Shown: positions 34,001 to 43,180 of the stretch, one piece after another
Layout of the letters: every line of letters begins with the position of its first letter
Position numbering within the stretch: the first letter of the stretch is position 1
NCBI GenBank assembly: GCA_963769025.1
Contig: CAVYKI010000009.1
Coordinates: forward strand, 896,001-960,000
Direction of reading: 5' to 3'
DNA from: an uncultured Verrucomicrobiae bacterium
GTDB taxonomy: Bacteria; Verrucomicrobiota; Verrucomicrobiia; Chthoniobacterales; Chthoniobacteraceae
DNA: 64,000 nucleotides
The notes under the pieces: generated by a model
Databases searched by the model: none
What the model was told of the DNA's origin: nothing
What the model saw: the letters and a program-made list of their open reading frames with translations, nothing else
Made by a program: the position numbers and the translations under genes

Positions 34001-34618
34001 CCTGATGTCGCCCTGAAGCCGCTGGTTGATGGCGACCATGAAATCGATGGTGCGCAGTTCCTTCTTCGCAGCCGCGCCTTTCGCAGCCGGGATCTCCGGC
34101 TGGCCCGCAACAGGAGCGGGCATCTGTCCGCCTTCCGTATGGACATCCGTACGATGCAAACCCGCCGGCGCCGGCACATGCGTGAGGGCTTCGGGATGTC
34201 CGAGGATGTCGCGCTTCAGTGTGGAAAAATACGATGCGAGTTTCGGCGTGAGCGGACACGGTTCGAGGAATGGCGTGAGATCCTTTTTCGTCGTCGCCTC
34301 GTAGGCGAACGGAAAATTGGCCGCGGCCTCCTCGATGAAAAAGTCGAAGGGATTCAGCACGGACATTTCCGCGACGAGCTCCACCTCCACGCAGAATTCC
34401 TTCATCTTGTCCGGGAAAACGAGCCGTGCATTCCAGTTTGCAAAGGGATCCTGCTGCCAGTTGATGAAGTGCTCCCCGCCGGTGATCTTCTGCGAATAGC
34501 TCAGGATTTTCGTCCGGCAGTGCGGCGCAGGCCGCAGGCGCACGACATGCGGCGCGTGGGCGACAGCCCGGTCGTACGTGTAATGCGTGCGGTGATGGAG
34601 TGCGACGTGAATGGCCAT
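31084..34618 (-). CDS. Transglutaminase-DUF2126 (putative amidoligase) fusion; one frameshift near 33280
   Basis: GSCRDSAW, DLHAWCEV, FDPTS; LTMGGEPTF; VTPDPGVIEVN, TGGGNH, GNTHRAEF, YEAESRR. Confidence 0.9.
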
Positions 34619-34663
34619 GATTTTTCCCTGTGTGCCCTGCCGCCGGGGCGCGGCGTTGCGGCG

Positions 34664-35681
34664 TTACTGTTGCTGCTGCATCTCCTGCTGCACGATGATC
34701 TCGTCTTCGAGATTCGTGAACGGCTGGGAGATGTAGGCGTTGAAAAGAGCTTCGCCGATCGCGTTGAACTTCACCTGCAACTGATCGAGGTATTCGTGCA
34801 GCCCGAACGCGAGCACTTCGTCGATCGAGCCGTACTCCAGCTCCGCGAGGAGGCGTCCGCTGAGTTTCTCGCCGTCGTTGCTGAAGCGCCGCGGCGCCAC
34901 CCCGGAGATTCGCCGCAGCGAGTCATCCAGCTTCTCCACGCAGAAACGCACGCTGCGCGGAAACTCGTCGCTGAAGAGCAGCATCTCCGCGACCCACTCG
35001 GGCCGCACCTCCGCACCGTACGCGGCCTTGTAGGCGTCCCACGCGCTGCACGAACGGAGCATCGCGCTGAGTTCGAGGGCATCGCGCTGCGACATTGGGC
35101 GCGGCGTTTCCTTCGTCGGGAAAATCGCGTGCCGCACGTCGAGGATGCGCGTGATCTTGTCCGCGCGCTCGAGGAACTTGCCGACCTGCATGAAATACCA
35201 GCCTTCGTTGTGGACGATGGTCGCGTAGATGGTGCCGACGAGCAGCAGGCTGGTATTCCGGATCTGGCCGAAAAAATCCACCGGGCTGCGCCGCCACAAA
35301 TCGCGCGCATCGCTGGAACGGATCCAAAGATACAGGCGGTTCAGTTCCAGCCACAGCTCCGCGGTGATCTGGTCGCGCACCATCCGCGCATTTTCACGCG
35401 CCTGGCTGACGGAGCTGAGGATGGAGTTCGAATTCTCGGCATCGAAGACGAGGAACTCCGTGACGCTCGGTCCCGTGGCCTTTGGGTTCCGTTTCAGGAA
35501 CTTCTCCTCGTCACCGGTGCTCTCGATGATGGGCATCCAGTGCTCCGCCAGGCTCTGGTCATCGAGCTTCCGGAAGTCGAGCAGGAGTTGGAGATTCACG
35601 TCCACGATGCGCGCGGTATTGTCCGCACGCTCGATGTAGCGGCTCATCCAGTAGAGGCAGTTGGCAACGCGGCGAGAGCAT
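34664..35681 (-). CDS. Alpha-E domain protein (DUF403)
   Basis: MLSRVANCLYWMSRYIERADN, ARENAR, LERADK, FPRSV; C-terminal QQEMQQQQ. Confidence 0.92.
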
Positions 35682-35710
35682 CGGAGATTTAAGGTTTAAG
35701 GTTCAGGATT

Positions 35711-37157
35711 TCACTCGTCCCCGTAGAGCACCCAGGTGTCCTTCGAGCCGCCGCCCTGCGAGGAATTCACGACCAGCGATCCTTTGCGCAATGCCACGCG
35801 CGTCAGGCCGCCGGGGACGATGACGACTTTCTCGCCGTAGAGCACGAACGGACGCAGGTCGATGTGGCGTCCCTCGAAGGTTCCGTCGTCCTGGCGGGTG
35901 GGATGCGTGCTCAGCGAAATCATCGGCTGCGCGATGTAGTTGCGCGGGTCGGCCTTGATGAGTTCGCGGAACTTCTCGATTTCCTCCGTCGAGGACTTCG
36001 GCCCCATCAGCATGCCGTAGCCGCCGGATTCGTTCGCCGCCTTCACGACGAGCTTGCCGAGATTCTCCATGATGTATGTCGAAGTCCTTTTCCTCGCTCG
36101 CGAGATACGTCGGCACGTTCGGCAGGATCGGTTCCTGATCGAGGTAATACTTAATCATCTTCGGCACGAAGTAGTACATCACCTTGTCATCCGCGATGCC
36201 GGTGCCGATGGAGTTCGCGAGCGACACATTGCCGGAGCGGTACGCGTGGATGAGGCCCGGCACGCCGAGCGCGCAGTCGCGGCGGAAGACCGTGGGATCG
36301 AGAAAATCGTCGTCGAGCCGCCGGTAGATCACGTGGACCTGCTTCTGCCCCTTCGTCGTGCGCATGAAGACGCGCCCGTCGCGCACGACGAGGTCGCGGC
36401 CTTCGACGATCTCGATGCCCATCTGCCGCGCGAGATACGTGTGCTCGAAGTACGCGCTGTTGTACGAGCCCGGCGTCAGCAGCACGACGTTCGGCTCCGC
36501 CACGCCGTCCGGCGCGATGTATTGCAGCATCTTCAGCAAGCTCCTGCGGATAGTGCTCCACCGGCCGCACGCCGATGCTCCTCGAACATCCCCGGGAACG
36601 TGCGCTTCATCGCGCCGCGATTTTCCAGCACGTAGCTCACGCCGCTCGGGCAGCGGCCGTTGTCCTCGAGCACGAGGTAGTTGCCGTCCGCGTCGCGGAT
36701 GAGATCGGTGCCGCAGATGTGGATGTAGATGTCCTTCGGGACCTGGAAGTTCACGAACTCACGCCGGAAATGTTTTCCCGAGAGCACGTAGAACGGCGGA
36801 ATCGTCCCGTCCTTGAGGATGTTCTGCTCGTGGTAGATGTCGTGCAGGAAAAGATTCAGCGCGGTGATGCGCTGGATCAGCCCCGACTCGATGCGCTCCC
36901 ATTCCTTCGCCGGGATGATGCGCGGCACGAGATCGAACGGGAAATATGCGCTCCGTCCCTTGCGCGTCGCCATAGACGTTGAACGTGATGCCCTGGCGCA
37001 GGAACGCGAGGTCGGCGGCATGCCGCTTCTGCTCGAATTCATCGAACGGCATCTGGCGAAGCAACCGCTCAAACTTGGCATAGTGCGGACGGATCGCTCC
37101 GTCCGCGCCCGCCATCTCATCATAGAAATGTGACCCTGAAGAATATCCCTTTAGCAC
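35711..37157 (-). CDS. Circularly permuted ATP-grasp (type 2) protein (frameshifted)
   Basis: [71 protein letters not shown]. Confidence 0.92.
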
Positions 37158-37167
37158 GGCGGCACTG

Positions 37168-37197
37168 TCTTTACCGAGGAAGCGCGGATTTCTGCAA
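37168..37197 (-). promoter_or_regulatory. Possible sigma70 promoter of the ATP-grasp operon
   Basis: TTGCAG-N18-TAAAGA ending 10 nt upstream of the GTG start. Confidence 0.3.
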
Positions 37198-37269
37198 GCG
37201 CCGATTCATTCCGCACGCATCGCGCCCCCTGCGCATTCACACCGCGATCCTGCCTCGGAAATTTGCTGC

Positions 37270-38976
37270 CTAAGCGGGCTGGACTTCGGCGCGGAAAATC
37301 TCGAGCGCCTTGCGGATCAGCGGGTCGCGTTTGAATTCCTCCATCGGATCGAGCTTCGGCTCCGGAGCCGGTTTCGGTATCTGTCTGGCGATGATCCCAT
37401 CGCGGATGTCCAGCGAGAGATTCACCTTGCGACCGAGAATGGCGCTCGCGGCGCTCGTCAAAAATTCGCGGTGACCTTGCTCGAGGAAGTCCTTTGAAAA
37501 CGCCTGGTCCGGAGGAAACCCGATCTGCACGGACGGACCCTCGATGCGAATCACCGCGCCCGCTTCCAGCCATGCGCTGATGAGCTTGCGGTCGCGCCGC
37601 ACGGCTTCCACGAGCGCCTTCCAGAATTCCTCGTTCGACATGGCTGCCGAGGGGGCAGCCACGGGCGGTGGCTCGGCCAATTTCGGGGTCTCCACGACGC
37701 GCGCCTCCGCAGTCGGCGGCTTCGCAATCGGTGACGCGGAGGGCGGAGCACTCTGCGGGCGAGCCACCGCCCGGCGCGGCTCGGCGCGCGGCACGACAGG
37801 CGCGGCAAGCTGCGTGCCGGCGGGCAGCGGTTGCCCACCGCGCATTGCGGCGAGCGTATCGATGACCTCGGTGAGCGTGGCGCTTTGCAGGATCTGGATG
37901 GCGCGAATGGCCGCGACCTCGAAGTGCATCTTCTTGTTCACCGCCCATTTCATCCGGCCCTCGGCACCGGCGAATTGCTCGATGAGATCGAGCACCTTTT
38001 CCATCGGCACACGCCCGGCCTGCTCCTGCATGATGGCGACGGCCTCGGGCATCCATTCGTCGCCGAGTCCGTTCGGGTCGGCCTTGAGGACGAGAAGGTT
38101 GCGCAGGTGCGTGATGAGTTCGTTCATCAGACGCGCGAGATCTTTCCCGGCTTCCGCCTGCTCGTGGATTGCCGCGAGCGCAGCGGGTGCGTCGGCATTG
38201 AGGATGGCCTCGCAGAGCTGGGTCACCGTCTGCGCACTCGTGAAACCGAAGACGCTGAGCACATCCGCCTCCGTGATGGAGTCGCCGCAAAATGCGACGA
38301 GCTGATCGAGCATCGACTCCGCATCGCGCAAGCCGCCCTCGGCACCGCGCGCGACAGACTCGGCGGCTTCGGGCGCGAGCGTGAAGCCCTCGTTTTTCGC
38401 GATGAAAAGCAGGTGGCGCGCGATGGTAGCCGCAGGGATGCGCTTGAGGTCGAAACGCTGGCAGCGGCTGAGGATCGTCGTCGGCACCTTTTGCACATCG
38501 GTCGTGGCAAAGAGGAACTTCACATGCGGCGGCGGCTCCTCGAGTGTCTTGAGCAGTGCGTTGAATGATCCCGTCGAGAGCATGTGCACCTCGTCCACGA
38601 GGTAGATTTTGTAACGCCCGTTCACCGGCACGTAGTTCACGCGGTCGAGGATGAGGTCGCGCACCTTGTCCACCTGCGTGTTCGACGCCGCGTCGAATTC
38701 GATCACGTCGAGCGAGCGCCCCTCGGCAATCTCGCGGCAGACTTCCTCCTCGGGATCAAAGTCCGCGTTTGGCCCGTCCGAGCAGTTCAGCGCCTTGGCA
38801 AAAATGCGCGCGGTCGAGGTCTTCCCGGTGCCGCGCGGGCCGACGAAAATGTAGGCGTGCGCGATGCGGTTTTGCTCGATGGCGTTGCGAAGCGTCCGCG
38901 TGATGTGCTCCTGGCCGAGGACATCCGCGAAGGTCTTGGGGCGGTACTTGCGTGCGAAAACCGTGTAGCTGCTCAC
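37270..38976 (-). CDS. dnaX: DNA polymerase III subunit gamma/tau
   Basis: ARKYRPKTF, GPRGTGKTS, DAAS, DEVHML, LLKTLEEPP, SRCQRF. Confidence 0.97.
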   Translation of the reverse strand: MSSYTVFARKYRPKTFADVLGQEHITRTLRNAIEQNRIAHAYIFVGPRGTGKTSTARIFAKALNCSDGPNADFDPEEEVCREIAEGRSLDVIEFDAASNTQVDKVRDLILDRVNYVPVNGRYKIYLVDEVHMLSTGSFNALLKTLEEPPPHVKFLFATTDVQKVPTTILSRCQRFDLKRIPAATIARHLLFIAKNEGFTLAPEAAESVARGAEGGLRDAESMLDQLVAFCGDSITEADVLSVFGFTSAQTVTQLCEAILNADAPAALAAIHEQAEAGKDLARLMNELITHLRNLLVLKADPNGLGDEWMPEAVAIMQEQAGRVPMEKVLDLIEQFAGAEGRMKWAVNKKMHFEVAAIRAIQILQSATLTEVIDTLAAMRGGQPLPAGTQLAAPVVPRAEPRRAVARPQSAPPSASPIAKPPTAEARVVETPKLAEPPPVAAPSAAMSNEEFWKALVEAVRRDRKLISAWLEAGAVIRIEGPSVQIGFPPDQAFSKDFLEQGHREFLTSAASAILGRKVNLSLDIRDGIIARQIPKPAPEPKLDPMEEFKRDPLIRKALEIFRAEVQPA

Positions 38977-39389
38977 GCCGCGAAGTCTGTGTGGTGCGGA
39001 CCTCCGCGCAAATGGAAAAAGCAGACGAACTCGTGAAAACACCGCCCGCCCGACGCAGGAACTTCATTTTCGCGGGCTAGCCACGCATCTCCAATGAATG
39101 CTCCGGACCGTCAGCCGTCCAATAAGGTGGCTCGCCGCGTGCTACATTTACTCCAGTCACCCAATGAAAAAGTCCGAATCCAGCCGCCCGAACGCGGACT
39201 CCGGCCGCCAATCGCCGGCCGGCCGCGGCTCGGGCACTGCGGTGCTCAATGCGATCCTCAAGACCGCATACCGCCGCCATGCGCGTGGTCGCGTGGCGCT
39301 CGCCGCCGTGACCGCATGCCTCGGGCGCTAGCATCATTCGCCCCGCTCCGCGCTTCCCTTCGCCGCGGAGCACGCTAAACGTCGCGGCC

Positions 39390-40238
39390 ATGAAACTAGG
39401 CTTCATCGGCTGCGGCAAAATGGCCACGGCTCTCATCAAAGGCGTCCTCAAGTCCGGATTGTGCAGCCCGGCGGACATCACCGTCAGCGACGTCCATGCG
39501 TCTTCGGTGAAAAAACTAAGCACGGAAACCGGGGTGACTGCCGCGGGTTCCAACACCGAGGTCGTGAGCGCCAGCGAGGCCATCCTCCTCGCCGTGAAGC
39601 CCGCCGACGCGCTGACGGCAGTCCAGAGCCTCACTACCCAGCAGATGGAATCCTCGATGAGTTGGGCGTGGCAGGGCGGATCGGGCAAGGCGGGAAAATT
39701 GCTCATCTCCATTGTCGCCGGCCTTTCCATCCGCAGCCTCGAAGGCGCGGCAGGCGAGAAACTCCGCGTCATCCGCGTGATGCCCAATACCCCCGCGCTC
39801 ATCCTTGCAGGAACGTCCGCGTTTGCCCTCGGCACCAAGGCGACCGAGGCGGATGCAGCCGTGGCGGAGAAAATCTTCTCCAGCGTCGGCGTCGCAGTCT
39901 GCGTAAAGGAGGCGCTCCTCGACACCGTGACCGGCCTGAGCGGCAGCGGCCCCGCGTATGTGTACACCATCATCGAGGCCCTCGCAGATGGCGGCGTGCT
40001 GATGGGCCTCCCTCGCGAACTCGCGCTCCAGCTCGCGGCAAAGACCGTCGCCGGCGCCGCCGAGATGGTCCTTCAAAGCGGGATGCACCCCGCCGTGCTG
40101 CGCGACCAGGTGACCAGCCCCGGCGGCACGACCATCGCGGGCATCGAGGCATTGGAAGCCGGCGGCCTCCGCGCCGCGCTCATCGCCGCAGTGCGCGTCG
40201 GCACCGAGCGCGCGACCGCACTCGGCGCCACGAAATGA
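39390..40238 (+). CDS. proC: Pyrroline-5-carboxylate reductase
   Basis: GFIGCGKMA, LAVKP, RVMPNTP, SGSGPAY, VTSPGGTT. Confidence 0.97.
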   Translation: MKLGFIGCGKMATALIKGVLKSGLCSPADITVSDVHASSVKKLSTETGVTAAGSNTEVVSASEAILLAVKPADALTAVQSLTTQQMESSMSWAWQGGSGKAGKLLISIVAGLSIRSLEGAAGEKLRVIRVMPNTPALILAGTSAFALGTKATEADAAVAEKIFSSVGVAVCVKEALLDTVTGLSGSGPAYVYTIIEALADGGVLMGLPRELALQLAAKTVAGAAEMVLQSGMHPAVLRDQVTSPGGTTIAGIEALEAGGLRAALIAAVRVGTERATALGATK

Positions 40239-40930
40239 AACTTGGCATCCCGGTGCGCGTGGCCGTGCTGGGTGCGCTCGCCATGGGCGCTGCCGCGGCA
40301 CCGAAGCCAAAGGCCGTCCCCGCAATCCCCGCCGTGCCCACGGCGACACCGCCTCCCCCGCTCACGCAGGACCACCAGACCGCACAGCAATTGTACGAAA
40401 TGGCGCTGAAAAATTTCACCCTGGGCAATCTCGACGCCGCAAAGGCGGGCTTCCACAAAGTGCTCGGCATCGCCCCGGAAAATGCGCCGGCGCTCATCAA
40501 TCTCGCCATCATCGCGCAACGCCAGCAGCGGGACGACGACGCTGAAAAATTTCTCCGCCGGGTGCTCCAGAAGGACACGCAAAACGCCACGGCATGGCTG
40601 CTCCTCGGCATCCGCGCCTACGAGCAGGGCAGGCTCGACGCGGCACTCGCCCACCTCGCCCAAGCCGTGCTCCACGCTCCTCAGGACGCGCGCGCGCATC
40701 AATACCTCGGCGCCACGCTCGGCCGCCGCGGCTGGTACAATGCAGGCGAGGAGGAACTGCGCCGCGCGCTCGAACTCGATCCGAAATCCGGCGACGCGCA
40801 CTACAATCTCGCCGCGATCTACATGGAGCGCATCCCTCCCTCCGTCGAACTCGCGCGCCGCCATTACGTAAAGGCTCTGGAACTTGGCGCAGCGCCCGAT
40901 GAAAAGCTCGCGGACCGGATCGGCAAGTGA
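40235..40930 (+). CDS. Exported tetratricopeptide-repeat protein
   Basis: Signal peptide, Pro-rich linker, TPR helices (ALINLA, AHQYLG, AHYNLA, ARRHYVKALELG). Confidence 0.85.
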   Translation: MKLGIPVRVAVLGALAMGAAAAPKPKAVPAIPAVPTATPPPPLTQDHQTAQQLYEMALKNFTLGNLDAAKAGFHKVLGIAPENAPALINLAIIAQRQQRDDDAEKFLRRVLQKDTQNATAWLLLGIRAYEQGRLDAALAHLAQAVLHAPQDARAHQYLGATLGRRGWYNAGEEELRRALELDPKSGDAHYNLAAIYMERIPPSVELARRHYVKALELGAAPDEKLADRIGK

Positions 40931-40993
40931 ATGATCTGCCTCAGCTCCTTGCGTCGCCGTTTTCCGCCGCTACGGTGCGCGAAGATTGATTTC

Positions 40994-41932
40994 ATGAGCC
41001 GAATTGCCGCGTTTCTACTCACACTCGTTTTGCTGCTCGCGCCGGCCGCCGCCGCGCCGAAGTCCGCGAAGAAGCCGAAAACCCCGTCGCGCACCACCTC
41101 GCCGGCAAAGCCGGAGTCGCCGGGAGTCGCCCGCCCATTTGCGGTGGATGACAACGACCCGAGCGTCTTCCCCGTGGTGGCCGCAGAGGCCGTGATCCTC
41201 TGCGATGCGGTGACGGGGCGCGTGCTTTACGAGAAAAACGCCGACCAAATCCGCGCCGTGGCCAGCACGCAGAAGCTGCTGACCGCGCTCGTCATTGCCG
41301 AGGCAGGCGACCTGTATTCGCAGGTACGTGTCGAATACGAGGACACCTTGTGCGAGCCGACGAAGCTGGGGCTGAAGACCGGGGAATCCTACCGCCGCTA
41401 CGACCTGCTGAAAATCCTCCTCATCAAAAGCATGAACGACGTGGCCCGCTGCCTCGCGCGCGACAACGCAGGGAGCATCGAGGCCTTTTCGGCGAAGATG
41501 AACGCGAAGGCGCGGGAGATCGGCATGCGGAACTCGAACTTCGTGAATCCGAACGGGCTCACCGAACCGAAACAGTATTCCACGGCGCGGGACATGGCGC
41601 GGCTCGCGCTGTTCGCTTACCGCAACCGCATCGTCCGCAACATCGTGAGCGAGCGCACCCTCACGTGGCGTTCGCCCAGCGGAAAGGCGACCGTTTACGA
41701 GAACACGAACAAGCTGATGAAATACCTCGGCATCTGCAACGGCATGAAGACCGGCTACACCGAGGCCGCGGGCCATTGCCTCGTGTCGAGCGCCTCGGAG
41801 GGCGGGAAGCATCTCGTCGCCGTGGTGCTCGGGGATCGGCGGCGCGAGGCCATCTGGACGGACAGCTACCGGATGCTGAACTGGGGCCTGTATCAGCTGA
41901 AGAACCAGCCCGCGCCCGCCGCCTCGAACTGA
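40994..41932 (+). CDS. D-alanyl-D-alanine carboxypeptidase (peptidase S11)
   Basis: ASTQK (SxxK), SMN (SxN), KTG, NPNGL. Confidence 0.93.
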   Translation: MSRIAAFLLTLVLLLAPAAAAPKSAKKPKTPSRTTSPAKPESPGVARPFAVDDNDPSVFPVVAAEAVILCDAVTGRVLYEKNADQIRAVASTQKLLTALVIAEAGDLYSQVRVEYEDTLCEPTKLGLKTGESYRRYDLLKILLIKSMNDVARCLARDNAGSIEAFSAKMNAKAREIGMRNSNFVNPNGLTEPKQYSTARDMARLALFAYRNRIVRNIVSERTLTWRSPSGKATVYENTNKLMKYLGICNGMKTGYTEAAGHCLVSSASEGGKHLVAVVLGDRRREAIWTDSYRMLNWGLYQLKNQPAPAASN

Positions 41933-41938
41933 TCGCGC

Positions 41939-43102
41939 ATGGCGGCGAGCATCGAAGACCAGCTTGCAGAACTGCGCTCGCTCTCGCTGCTTCGGCGGCT
42001 GCGCACTTTCGATACCCCGCAGCAGCCGGAGATCGAGGAGGCGGGAAACCGGCTGATCAGTTTTGCATCGAACGACTACCTCGGGCTCGCGACGGAACCT
42101 GTGCTCAAGGAAGCGGCGAAGGCGGCCATCGATCGCTACGGCGTCGGCAGCGGCGCGGCGCGGCTCATTTCCGGCACGCTCGCGCCGCACGCGCAGCTCG
42201 AGGAGGCAATCGCGCGGTTCAAAGGGACCGAGGCGGCGCTCGCATTTGCGAGCGGCTACGCGACGGCCCTCGGCACGCTCGGCGCGCTCTGCGGCGAGCA
42301 GGATGTCATCATTCTCGACAAGCTCAGCCACGCGTCTCTGATCGACGGCGCACGTCTGAGCCGCGCGACGATGCGCGTCTTTCCGCACAACCACCTGGGC
42401 AAACTCGAAAGCCACCTCGAATGGGCCGCGGCCAATCATCCCGATGCGCGCGTGATCATCGTGACCGAGGCGGTGTTCAGCATGGATGGCGACCGCGCGC
42501 CGCTGACGGAGATCGTCGCCCTGAAGAACCGCTTCGGCGCGATGCTCCTCGTCGATGAGGCGCACGCAGTCGGTGTCCTCGGGCGCAACGGTCGCGGGCT
42601 CGCCGACGCGCTCCGACTGGAAGGCGAGGTGGACATCCAGATGGGCACGCTCAGCAAGGCGCTCGGCGTGGCCGGTGGCTACATCGCCGGCTCGCGCCGG
42701 CTCATCGAACTGCTCATCAATCGCGCGCGCAGCTTCATCTTTTCGACCGCTCCCCCGCCCTCCACCGCGGCAGCGGCGTGCGCGGCGATCGAATTCATGC
42801 TGAGCGACGCCGGCGAGAAGCGCCGCGAACAGCTCTGGCAAAACCTCGGCTGTTTTGGCGAGGAGATGCCGCAGCTTTTCTCCGACGGGCGGAAAATCCA
42901 GAGCGCGATCATCCCGCTCATCCTCGGCGACAGCGGACGGGCGCTGGAAGCTGCGGACCGGCTCGCAGAACGCGGCTTTTACGTCCCCGCGATCCGGCAT
43001 CCCACCGTGCCCCGGGACGCCGCGCGCCTGCGCCTCACCATTTCCGCGCGTCACACGCCGCAGCAAATCGCCGCCGTTTGCGGCGTCCTCCGGTCGCTTT
43101 GA
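41939..43102 (+). CDS. bioF: 8-amino-7-oxononanoate synthase
   Basis: [39 protein letters not shown]. Confidence 0.92.
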   Translation: MAASIEDQLAELRSLSLLRRLRTFDTPQQPEIEEAGNRLISFASNDYLGLATEPVLKEAAKAAIDRYGVGSGAARLISGTLAPHAQLEEAIARFKGTEAALAFASGYATALGTLGALCGEQDVIILDKLSHASLIDGARLSRATMRVFPHNHLGKLESHLEWAAANHPDARVIIVTEAVFSMDGDRAPLTEIVALKNRFGAMLLVDEAHAVGVLGRNGRGLADALRLEGEVDIQMGTLSKALGVAGGYIAGSRRLIELLINRARSFIFSTAPPPSTAAAACAAIEFMLSDAGEKRREQLWQNLGCFGEEMPQLFSDGRKIQSAIIPLILGDSGRALEAADRLAERGFYVPAIRHPTVPRDAARLRLTISARHTPQQIAAVCGVLRSL

Positions 43103-43180
43103 GAGGTGGCTCGCGGTCCCGGCGTTGAAAAGCCGGGCGCCCCGACTACCCTGAGCCCGGCAGTCCCCGCGCACACTCCC

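Noticed and set aside
25782..35692. Long + strand ORFs (25782-28157, 31090-33468, 33341-35692)
   Set aside because: Antisense shadows of real minus-strand genes, expected at high GC; no recognisable motifs
37270..38976. dnaX programmed -1 frameshift
   Set aside because: No A AAA AAG or long A run seen in the expected region
38977..39390. SRP RNA (ffs), often found next to dnaX
   Set aside because: No CAGG..GGAA..AGCAG domain IV motif on either strand
43114..43137. Hairpin CCCGGC-GTTGAAAA-GCCGGG after bioF, possibly another REP type
   Set aside because: Single copy in the window with no U tract; cannot be supported as a repeat or terminator
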